A stretch of 16,225 nt of DNA from Paramicrosporidium saccamoebae KSL3 (GCA_002794465.1 MTSL01000169.1:311-16535); one strand, 5' to 3'; shown: positions 7,723 through 16,225, counted from the stretch's first letter. The notes: generated by a model not told the origin, from the letters alone. A program made the numbers and translations.

Positions 7723-7900
7723 TTGTATTGACACTATGGTGATACTCCAACCACGCAACAGCGGGGACGATGTGTTTCCGACACGTATAGCAGTGTAAAT
7801 AGGTTTTATTTGGAGGGCCCATATATTATAAACCGGGTGGGGTCGGCCATTGGGCTCCTTGTCCCCAATTTGTTTGGTCGATAAATGCAAAGGCTACTAA

Positions 7901-9010
7901 CTAACACTCACTCTCCGCAAGTAGAATATCGATGCGGGCCTCAAGGGGGGCATCGGGCATGGAAATGTACTCGTGAGGCTTGCATGACGTGAAGTAGTCC
8001 GTCTCCGTACTCTTCAACAGCTCAGCTAGCTGAGACCCCAATCCAGTTGCTGTGACAAACCTATCCGCAGCATAGGTAGCGCGGCGTGTGTACCAATATT
8101 TCAAGGGCGATAGGGTGGTAGAAACGATTCCCACCATTATGTGGGACATGATGAATGCCGCAGCGTAGGGAATAGGCTCGCCAAAGGTGGCAGAGTAACC
8201 AAACAAGCCATGAATAGCCACGTTTGGGTAAATGTATAGAGACAGGAGGAATCGCACTAATTCCGGCAAGATTTTCGGGATAGCCTCTTGGAGGAGACTA
8301 GTGCGAGAACCGAGACAGTGTGCAACGTCCACCAGCAGTTCTGATGGATACTTGAGCGCCTTGTAGTTGATGTAGATGCGCTCTTTAAACATGCTACGGT
8401 AGTAAAAGACGTCGTTGAGATTCACAGGCACTAACCCAGTCACGGGAAAGTTGTGTATCTCGCAGAGCCGGAAGATTCTTTCAGTATCCTTATTGCGCTC
8501 AAGTTGTGGGCCGTGATGCGACCGTAAAGGGAACGCAGCAAAGAGCCCGACTCTCAGTGCAAGTTGCAGAACTAGCAAAATAACGATTCCCGTCCACCCC
8601 CATGGATAAAACCACGTAGCCAGTCCTGCAAAGATGGCCTCTAAGGCTATCCGAGCGGCCAGTTCGCCCAAACCCACAAACCTCCACGACTCCTCGAGGC
8701 CAAATTCGGGGTCTCGTTTTAACTCTGAAGCTCCCACCCACAATGCGATACAGTTAATACTACAAATAACATCGGGGAGTGGCTGAAGGATCCAGAGCAA
8801 TGGCAGGACAGGTAGTCTTGTCAAAAGAAGATATCCAGTGATTTCGAGGATGGGAACAAAGGGCAGATAGAGGGTGCGTGTACTTTTACCGACCACATGA
8901 TATTTAGGCGTCCATTTTGTGAGGTGTACGGCTTGGAATATAAACGAGACCACTTGCAGAAGCACAACGAACCAAAAAAGGTAATAGAACCAAGCGCCAC
9001 CGTCGTTCAT
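7901..9010 (-). CDS. Second Ste24/M48A-like membrane protein, predicted inactive, 369 aa
   Basis: Colinear with 6319-7443 (W.PKY, LCE...FPVTGL, ERIYI, ADRFV, EARID.L.AES.C). HExxH position reads HCLGS. Confidence 0.75.
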   Translation of the reverse strand: MNDGGAWFYYLFWFVVLLQVVSFIFQAVHLTKWTPKYHVVGKSTRTLYLPFVPILEITGYLLLTRLPVLPLLWILQPLPDVICSINCIALWVGASELKRDPEFGLEESWRFVGLGELAARIALEAIFAGLATWFYPWGWTGIVILLVLQLALRVGLFAAFPLRSHHGPQLERNKDTERIFRLCEIHNFPVTGLVPVNLNDVFYYRSMFKERIYINYKALKYPSELLVDVAHCLGSRTSLLQEAIPKILPELVRFLLSLYIYPNVAIHGLFGYSATFGEPIPYAAAFIMSHIMVGIVSTTLSPLKYWYTRRATYAADRFVTATGLGSQLAELLKSTETDYFTSCKPHEYISMPDAPLEARIDILLAESEC

Positions 9011-9063
9011 ACTTTCGAGATACGGTAATTGATCAGATTTAATCAATATTTAAGTAAGATAGT

Positions 9064-9098
9064 GTCGCGTAGTGGGAGAAATACCACGTACCTTGTCA
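9064..9098 (+). repeat. Dispersed intergenic element, head-only copy 2
   Basis: 29/35 identical to 1967-2001, then jumps to the ctgcta module. Confidence 0.7.
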
Positions 9099-9307
9099 CT
9101 GCTACTTATTCGGGAGGCCGGGGTCCTCGTTGATCATCAATGTTCAAGTCCATTTATAGTCTCACCAGTGGCGTAGTAATGACCCTATAATAGTAAAGAT
9201 GTATATCGCGCTAACTTTTATTGGTTGCTACAGATCTACCATCTTCAAAGTAGGGAACCAACCCCAAAGACATGGTGCCCAATCCTCTATATTACAATAG
9301 TGTGTAT

Positions 9308-9440
9308 GTTGCGTAGTAGGGATAAATAGTATGGACTGTCAGGCGAGAAAGGGGGGGTTGTTTACTGCTAATCCTATAATAGTATGGATACACACCTCAC
9401 TGTCCTCGAATACCCAACTAATCAGCCATCTACGTCACAC
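9308..9440 (+). repeat. Dispersed intergenic element, copy 3
   Basis: GTYGCGTAGTRGGGATAA head, TGTCAGGCG module and 79-bp tail shared with 1967-2179. Confidence 0.75.
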
Positions 9441-9636
9441 TTACTATTGGTGAGTCCGACCCAGATGGCGGTCTCACAGTCCAGCCCGGCTATATTACGA
9501 GCGACCACCTATAAAGAAGCCACATGCTTTAATAAAAGATAGTTTGCCCATCAGCAAGAGGTTATACTACAACACAGGCCTATTACAGGTCCCAGCTCTC
9601 ATATGGAGCAGGACCTCTTGGTTCGGCACTGAAATG

Positions 9637-11202
9637 TTAACAAAGTACTGTATTAGAAATGTCTACAGATTGAATAATCCTCTCAATACGTGCCATGGTA
9701 ACTGCTCCGGTGAGATGCAGCATGTATAGGGAAAACTCCAACTCGGAAGTCTTATATACGGAAAAGCCCACTAACGGGGAATTGCCATGCACCGACATGC
9801 CCTTTACACAAAGCGTCAAAGTCTCAAACATGAAACGGACAATGGTAACAAAGCCAGCCTGGTTTCCGAGAATGAGGCAGGAGAGCTCAGGAACCCAGAG
9901 CGACATGCAGTACCGGTTATATTGCAGCCAATCCCGAGGATTGATCGTCTGCCAGTGAAAGGCAGAAAGTTCTATGGAAAGTAGACAGCCGTTGACGGGA
10001 TCGTAAATGCAGAGATCATTGCCGGTGGTGACGGTAAATAAATGGTCACTTTGGATTGCCTCTTCAGTGGGAATGGTTTGAAATGAACGATGCCTTTGAT
10101 TGCGCACAACTTGAGAGATTGAGTCACCGGAGACAGATTCGCCCGTCAAGAGACTGCTCCTCTCCAATCTGCGATGATTCAGAATGCCCGTGTCACTCTC
10201 ATAAGAGCCGTTCTCGGCAACTTCCTCAATATCCTCAGCAGTCCAAACGGCATCAGAGGGAACCAATGCACCCAATTCATCGTCTTGGCTGTGCCAGTCA
10301 GCCTCACTCGGATCGGAATTCAAACTGTCCTCAAAATCCTCCATCCATTCTACAGCATCGCTGTGCTCAATCTGACGAATGTAATCAGCACTATCGCCTG
10401 TATCGCTGTCCCCATTGTAGGATTCTTTGTTGGCGCATCGATATTCCTGGCCATTAATGCCATAGTCAGCGACAGATTCGATATTCTTTACGGAAATGCA
10501 ACGACATGTCCAGCCCCATTTTCCAAGAGGATATCTGCTAGATTTGCCATTCACAGTATCACGGAGACAGAAGGAGGAATCGATGCTGACCGATCCCAAC
10601 CATCTACCATCCGAACTAATGGCTACAGAGGGAATATTGTGATCATGTTCACTCCATGTGCGTACCACTTGCCACGAGCGAGTACACACCTCACTAATAA
10701 CGTGGGCATTACATCCGACAAATATTCTATCAACTGAAAAGGAAATTGACCATGCCGACTCGTCCAACTGAACCACAATTGGAACATCCAGGTTGGCAAG
10801 CGACCATAGACAAAGCTGGCCGGCTGTATCTACAGTAGCCAACGTTTCGACGCCATTGACGTCTCCAATTTCCACCGCATTGATAACTTGTTCGTCAGCA
10901 TCACTGAATGGTTCTTTAACAGGCACGACCAGAGTCTTGGCATCTTGTCGGGATGGTTCCGAGTCGATTGGAATTTTCTTGATAAAGATTTTGCGACCCG
11001 CCGCGATGAAAAGCAACCGGCAGTCTTTATAGATTTTTTTGCTCGCCGTGACCAGATTCATGCGCTATAGCCGTTATGGTCGGGTCGTGTGGAATACCCA
11101 AGATGGAATTGGAGTAAAGGGGGGCAGAACCGTTTCCGGCGATTGAGACCCTTCCACGTATGAAATACGAAGAGAGTCCAGTTGATGCACATGCAAGGTC
11201 AT
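9637..11202 (-). CDS. CRT10: CRT10-like WD40 protein; exons 11202-11098 and 11064-9637; 510 aa
   Basis: IN.V..G......L..VD..G, SAWSIS, GCNAH.I, H.HNIP.V, WGW, M...VPEL.....GNQ.G.V and PL.G fit the CRT10 family. The intron restores the N-terminal WRxNL motif. Confidence 0.75.
11065..11097 (-). other. Spliceosomal intron in CRT10-like gene, 33 nt, GT-AG
   Basis: TGG|GTATTC...CATAACGGCTATAG|CGC; contains an in-frame TAG; removal gives PSW-RMNL and links to ATG 11202. Confidence 0.75.
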
Positions 11203-11427
11203 GGGCCGCAATGATTGGCCGACGCTGCATGAATTGCAAAATTATAGTTTTGGCAAGTTTCCACGAATCCATCCGTACAACGTCTGAGTGTCATAATGGT
11301 GTGCAGAAGTGCTACTGCTAGTCGGAACTGACGACCAGTCTGGGATTAATGACCCAAGCCGACAACATGAAATTAAGTGATAATTGCAAGGGTTGAGGGA
11401 CGCCGCAAGAGGAGCGCGGCAAGACTT

Positions 11428-12966
11428 ATGACGAGTATAACAAGCGAAGAGGTCAATTACCTCGTCGTCCGGTACCTGCAAGAGGCTGGCTTTGTTCATT
11501 CTGCGTTCTCATTTTCACAGGAAAGCTTTATCAACAAGTCGGAAATCCGGGCTGGCGCTGTCGCTCCAGGCATGCTGGTCACACTACTGCAGCGCGGGTT
11601 GCACTACACATCCATTGAATTCCATTTAAACGATGACGGCTCAGAAAGGGAGTGTAGTCGCGCGTACAGTTTACTGGAGCCGCATGTGTGTGAACGGGGC
11701 GTGCAAATGGTGCCAAGGCCGCCAACACCAACCATTCCAAAGGAGAGCAAACGAAGAAAGAAGGAGAATGGAGAGAATGGCAAGAAACGGGCGAGTAAGG
11801 AGATGGAGGACGGTAGTACTGCAAGCGAAAAGACTAATGTTTCAGCGGACCCCAAGCCGCCGAAACCTGTAAAGACGGCAAAGAAGGAAAAGACGACCAA
11901 CAGTCTTGAAGTGTCTATTTTGACAGGACATGAATCAGAGGTCATTACGTGCGCCTGGAACCCCTCTCGGGACATTAGTCTCTTGGCCTCTGCGTCGGGC
12001 GACGGAACTGTCCGACTATGGACAGTCCCTTCGGAGGGACCGTGGAATTTGGAAGATGCAAAAATGTCGGTAAGAATTCTGGAACATGCAGCCAGCGGCG
12101 ACAGTCGAGACGTCACCACAATGGATTGGAGTCCGGACGGAATGACCTTGGCCACAGGCTGTTATGACGGAAAGGCGCGTCTATGGAACTCTGATGGAGA
12201 GTTGTTGTCAGTCCTTAACAAACACAATGGTCCCATTTTCCAACTACAATGGAGTCCGGATGGGGCATATTTGGTGAGTGTTGGGGTGGAACCTGCCGTG
12301 GCTATTTGGGACGTGGCCAGTCGAACATTGCTCCGTTCCTACGATCATCACACTGCGCCTGCATTGGACGTGGATTGGAGGGACGACAGGACATTTGCAA
12401 CCTGTTCCACTGACAAACTAATTCTGATTTACTCATTGGATCAGCCGGATGAGCCGGTACTGACTTTGACCGGACACAGCGACGAAGTCAATTCCATCAA
12501 ATGGAGTCCCAAGGGCGACCTGCTAGTCTCCTCCTCAGACGACATGACAGCGCGAGTGTGGAGGGTGCAGGGCGTGGAGACGTATGCACTGGTGCACACG
12601 TTTTCAGAACATTTGATGGAAATATACACTGCCAAATGGAGTACAAATCCCGAAACACCTCTAATTGCCACGGCGTCATTTGATGGGACGGTAAAGTTGT
12701 GGGATCCAGTACAAGGTCTTTGTCGGCACACTTTACAACAACACACTCAGCCCGTCTACGCCATCTCCTTTTCGCCCTGTGGACGGTATCTCGCCAGCGG
12801 CAGTTTAGATGCTGCACTCTATCTCTGGTCCGTAGCAGATGGTCGATTATTGCAAAATTATCATGGACGGGGCGGCATATTTGAGGTGACCTGGAGTCCC
12901 ACCGGCCATCGCATTGCCGCCTGTACCTCTGATGCAACTTGTTGTGTTTTTGAAGCCAAAATGTAG
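11428..12966 (+). CDS. TBL1: TBL1/Ebi/Sif2 LisH + WD40 corepressor subunit, 512 aa
   Basis: LisH ITSEEVNYLV.RYLQE.GF.HSAF; WD40 repeats GHESEV..CAWNP, DVTTMDWSPDG..LATGCYDGKARLW, GHSDEVNSIKWSP, ASFDGTVKLW. The true start is ATG 11428, not GTG 11377. Confidence 0.93.
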   Translation: MTSITSEEVNYLVVRYLQEAGFVHSAFSFSQESFINKSEIRAGAVAPGMLVTLLQRGLHYTSIEFHLNDDGSERECSRAYSLLEPHVCERGVQMVPRPPTPTIPKESKRRKKENGENGKKRASKEMEDGSTASEKTNVSADPKPPKPVKTAKKEKTTNSLEVSILTGHESEVITCAWNPSRDISLLASASGDGTVRLWTVPSEGPWNLEDAKMSVRILEHAASGDSRDVTTMDWSPDGMTLATGCYDGKARLWNSDGELLSVLNKHNGPIFQLQWSPDGAYLVSVGVEPAVAIWDVASRTLLRSYDHHTAPALDVDWRDDRTFATCSTDKLILIYSLDQPDEPVLTLTGHSDEVNSIKWSPKGDLLVSSSDDMTARVWRVQGVETYALVHTFSEHLMEIYTAKWSTNPETPLIATASFDGTVKLWDPVQGLCRHTLQQHTQPVYAISFSPCGRYLASGSLDAALYLWSVADGRLLQNYHGRGGIFEVTWSPTGHRIAACTSDATCCVFEAKM

Positions 12967-12980
12967 CGTAACGTGTAGTT

Positions 12981-13235
12981 GAGTTGTTTAATAGAACGAT
13001 GATAATCATTCCGTGTGTGATGAGTTGTTGAATTGTTGTGTGTGGTTGAGTTATGTGTGGTTGAGTTATGTGTGTACTTATCAGTTTAATGTGTGTGCTT
13101 ATCAGTTTAATGTGTGTGCTTATCAGTTTAATGTGTGTACTTATCAGTTTTACGTGTATGATTACCGAGTTGTTTAATATAACAAGAATAATCATTGCGC
13201 AATAGTTATTTAATTGAACCACGAGAATCATTCTG
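12981..13235. repeat. Nested minisatellite: 33-bp units (12981, 13167, 13203) enclosing 15-bp x2 (13041-13070) and 21-bp x4 (13068-13151) arrays
   Basis: 21-mer ATGTGTGTRCTTATCAGTTTA x4; 15-mer TGTGGTTGAGTTATG x2; 33-mer (G/T)AGTTRTTTAAT..AAC....(T/G)AATCATT x3. Confidence 0.88.
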
Positions 13236-13301
13236 GTGACATAATAGAACCGTGTCCATAATGTTCATAGCGTTTGACCCACTACGTCTCAATCTGATTG
13301 G

Positions 13302-14189
13302 ATGGTCACTGTGGGATTAGTCGTTGCAGTGGAATCTCTATGTCGTTGTTTGGATATTTGGGTGCTTTGGAGATGGCCGCGGTCACAGCTGTACAGGTTC
13401 ACAGTGGTGAGGAGAATAGTGCTGGTGGTAAAGTGGATGGTTCATTGGGCGACGGGACAGAGTGAACTTCGAAGACTGTTGGGAGCACCAATTCCGACCA
13501 CTGAGAAAATGTCTCTAATATCTGACTTGCTGAGACATTCCATGGTATTGAGACGACAATGGACGTTACTCATGCGCAGTGACCAATTAGAGTCTGTGGC
13601 ACGACAAATAGCCGCCAAGAAAAAGATACCCTCCAAAGGCACCCTCTTCAAGCTGCTACTAAGTGCCATCCAACAGATCCGCGATGGCAGAATGCTATTC
13701 GACTCGATTGAAAGGCTGTGTCGCACCCCCTATGATCACGACAACCCTGCCCATCGGAAACTACTTGTGCGTTTGTGGACAGCCTGGAAGACCGATCCTC
13801 TGCCGGAGATACCCTCTGAAGAGTGGAAGGAGCTTGGCTTCCAAGGCACCGATCCTGCCACCGACTTTCGCGCCATGGGTCTTTTTGCTCTGCATTGCAT
13901 TGTCGTCTTTGCAGAGTCAAAGAATGGAAAGTCCATCTACAAAGAGGCGCAGTATGGTCCATATTGGTACAGCTTTGCAGTGGTGGCGGTCAATGTGGCC
14001 GATGCCATCCATAGGTATTTGCGGGACGACAGATTGCATTGCTCTGACATGACCATGGTGGATGCAGAGTTCATCAGACTCATGACCAGCTTCCATTCAG
14101 TGTGGATGCAATCTAAACCCGAAAACTTGTTTGCCTTCAACAACATCTTTGCCCACACCTTAGCCATATTTGAAAGATCGCTAATATAA
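13302..14189 (+). CDS. ELMOD2: ELMO domain-containing protein (ELMOD1/2-like ARF/ARL GAP), 295 aa
   Basis: KW.....TG.SEL.R N-terminus, H..LL..LW, WKELGFQG.DP.TDFRAMG, YSFAVV.VN. Confidence 0.88.
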   Translation: MVTVGLVVAVESLCRCLDIWVLWRWPRSQLYRFTVVRRIVLVVKWMVHWATGQSELRRLLGAPIPTTEKMSLISDLLRHSMVLRRQWTLLMRSDQLESVARQIAAKKKIPSKGTLFKLLLSAIQQIRDGRMLFDSIERLCRTPYDHDNPAHRKLLVRLWTAWKTDPLPEIPSEEWKELGFQGTDPATDFRAMGLFALHCIVVFAESKNGKSIYKEAQYGPYWYSFAVVAVNVADAIHRYLRDDRLHCSDMTMVDAEFIRLMTSFHSVWMQSKPENLFAFNNIFAHTLAIFERSLI

Positions 14190-14259
14190 ACAGTATGCCC
14201 AAATCGGGTGCATCCCCGGGTGGTATAACAAGGGATGGCGGTATAGTTACCGGGGCTGA

Positions 14260-15944
14260 ATGTCATTTCCGATAAAGACATCGGTGCCATCATTACTGCC
14301 CCATCCGATGACACCTCACCACACCAACTCGCCCTACAACACGGCCATCAGCAGCCAAACAGTGCTGCGACAGCGTACAATTGCGGCGGCAGAGACGACA
14401 TGGCTGCAAGTCGGTACACTACACACTGCAAACGCTTATTTTTAGCATCGACAGCACAGTTGATGGGGGAGACAGAAAGGACACAGGCAGCATTGGAGAC
14501 GGTGCTGAGACATAATCCATATCATGTGGGTGCGTTTGTCAGTCTGGGCCATTTGCTGCACAACCAGCGACAATACCTGCAAGCCGCAGAGTCGTACCAA
14601 AAAGCAATTTCCCTCGTAGAATCACAGAGTGGAAGCAACTCTCCCCTTCTGACCACTGTTTGGGCCTCCTTGGCCCATTGTTGGCTGTTGTTGGAGGATC
14701 TGCCAAGGGCATTCCAGGCATATCAGCAGGCATTGGGTTATCCGGGAGGAGCCCGGGACTCTACCCTTTGGTTTGGCGTAGGTCTGCTCTATGACCGTTA
14801 TGCTGCTAATGAACACGCTTTGGAGGCATTCTCTGCTGTGCTCAAGTTGGAGGCGCCGAAACAGAGGGCCGTCCCGTCTGCCATGATGAGGGAGGTTTAT
14901 TTCAGGGTTGGAATGCTTCTTCGGTTTCGGAAGAATTACGACGCCGCCCTCGCCTGCTTTGACTATGTTTCAATATTCCCCCCAGCGCCCCTCCAGCGGG
15001 CCGATGTCAAGCTGCAGATGGCCGTCACCTTTGACGCCAAGAACGACCCCGCCTCTGCCCGCATCATTCTCGAACGAAACGTCATCAAGGATAATCGTCC
15101 GTCAGTGGCGGCGCGAGGAAAGGCACTTCTTGGATGGATTCTGGTGCGCAGCGGTCCTCCCGGCGAGGAGGCCAGTCCTGAGCAGGAACACGGTCTGCAG
15201 CTCCTCCGCCAAGTTGTCATTGAGGAGACTGGTGATGCACTGGCATGGTACTACCTCGGACGTGCCTATGTTTATCGCAAAATGTACACTCAATCCTACG
15301 AGGCCTACCAGGAAGCCGTCTATCGAGACTCTCAAAATGCAGCATTTTGGAATTCTATTGGTATTCTATATTTAGAAATCCATCAATTCCGCGACGCCCT
15401 AGATGCCTTTAGTCGTGCCATCCACCAGAATCCATCCATTGCCGAAGTATGGTGGAACTTGGGCATTTTGTACGAGTCGTGCAATAATCAAATCAATGAT
15501 GCGATTGATGCTTACCAGCGGGCTGCTGAGCTTGATCCGACAAATGTGAGCATTAGGAACCGCATTTTGCTTCGGAAGGCAGTGAATAATGGCACCTCTT
15601 CCACGCCCATCCCCGTTGCAGTTCCCATGGAATTGGACCCGCTACCCTATCTTATGCGTCCCATTCTTCTGGGAACGACTAATCTCCCCCTCCAAAAGTC
15701 GGGTCCGCCCTCCACCGCCATGGTCACATCTAATCCTTCCGCAATCTCCCCCTCAATTCCGGGACAGCCCCCACGGATGAACATTTCTGCCAGACCGCGT
15801 CCGCATTCGATGCAACCCGTCCAGCCCTCACATCCAGCGTCGTACCATTCGCTGACCAGACCTCTAATGCGTTCTGGCATGCCACCTCCAATGGTTGCGC
15901 CAAGATTTGGATATGGTGCGCCTACCCGTCCCAATGGTCAGTAG
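14260..15944 (+). CDS. CYC8: Cyc8/Ssn6 TPR general transcriptional corepressor; exons 14260-14413 and 14446-15944; 550 aa
   Basis: E.TWLQVA|STAQLMG...LRHNPY, DLPRAF.AYQQAL, LWFGVGLLYDRY, WY.LGR, YEAYQ.AVYRD..N..FWNSIG.LY, EVWWNLG.LYESCNNQI.DA.DAY.RAAELDP.N; Pro-rich tail. Confidence 0.93.
14414..14445 (+). other. Spliceosomal intron in CYC8, 32 nt, GT-AG
   Basis: G|GTACAC...TTTTTAG|CA, phase 1 on both sides; joins TWLQV to ASTAQLMGE as in Ssn6 TPR1. Confidence 0.88.
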
Positions 15945-16015
15945 TGCATAGTTTTTATAAAGTTGTTTATTCCGCTGTTCACAATATGGATATGTTTTGA
16001 GTTAGGGCTAAGATT

Positions 16016-16225
16016 GGAGTTTGAGGAGTTTGAGGAGTTGGACGAGTTGGAGTTGGAGTTGGAGTTGAAGTTGAGGTTGAAGTTGGAGTTGGAATTGGAA
16101 TTGGACGAGATTAAAAGTGAGATTAAAGGTGGGGTGAGACTAAAGCGAGATGAGATTAAAAGTGAGATGAGACTAAAAGTGAGATTAAAGGTGGGGTGAG
16201 ACTAAAGCGAGATGAGATTAAAAGT
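16016..16225. repeat. Satellite: GRAGTT-type 6/9-mers grading into GAGAYTAAAAGT 12-mers with a 62-bp higher-order period; runs off the window
   Basis: 16107-16168 is repeated at 16169-16225 (partial) with one substitution. Confidence 0.9.

Noticed and set aside
9058-9167. Functional intron-containing tRNA
   Set aside because: The acceptor stem does not pair and the T arm needs an 8-nt loop with only 4 bp; kept only as a tRNA-like relic hypothesis.
9450-9477. Hairpin GTGAGtCCG…CGGtCTCAC as a Helitron 3' end or ncRNA
   Set aside because: Short, mismatched, no downstream CTRR terminus and no second copy in the window.
10174-10737. 187-aa plus-strand ORF and other antisense ORFs (e.g. 2295-2588, 5807-6136, 11604-12155, 14908-15375)
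   Set aside because: Shadow or alternate frames overlapping well-supported genes; no recognisable motifs.
12497-13231. 244-aa minus-strand ORF with HIKLIST repeats
   Set aside because: Built from stop-free minisatellite units plus about 470 nt antisense to TBL1; no family features.
16002-16007. Telomeric TTAGGG
   Set aside because: Single copy only.
15963-16199. 78-aa ELELE/KSE ORF
   Set aside because: Starts at TTG and is just the translation of the satellite.

Overview
Gene-dense eukaryotic DNA, probably from a compact fungal-lineage genome (Rozellomycota or early-diverging fungus; inference only). About 13 protein-coding genes are separated by roughly 70-730 bp spacers, and four inferred spliceosomal introns are only 30-33 nt long. 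Gene order: 3' end of an unknown gene; C9orf85/DUF2039 homologue; a small candidate gene (possibly mS34-like); glycine-cleavage T protein (2 introns, one probably GC-AG), head-to-head with a HAD pseudouridine-5'-phosphatase; two tandem stand-alone B3/4-domain (tRNA-editing-type) genes; two tandem Ste24/peptidase-M48-like genes that have lost their zinc ligands; CRT10-like WD40; TBL1/Sif2; ELMOD; Cyc8/Ssn6. The best lead is the bacterial-type B3/4 pair: both promoters keep the same module, a GAAnnTTC-N7-TTC heat-shock-element-like motif followed by a perfect ATGAGTCAT Gcn4/AP-1 site. This suggests a possibly horizontally acquired anti-mistranslation enzyme wired into eukaryotic stress regulons. 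Other leads are the pseudoprotease pair, a dispersed intergenic element with tRNA-like features, and a distinct minisatellite in most spacers. All family calls are from recognition of motifs by eye; no database search was run.
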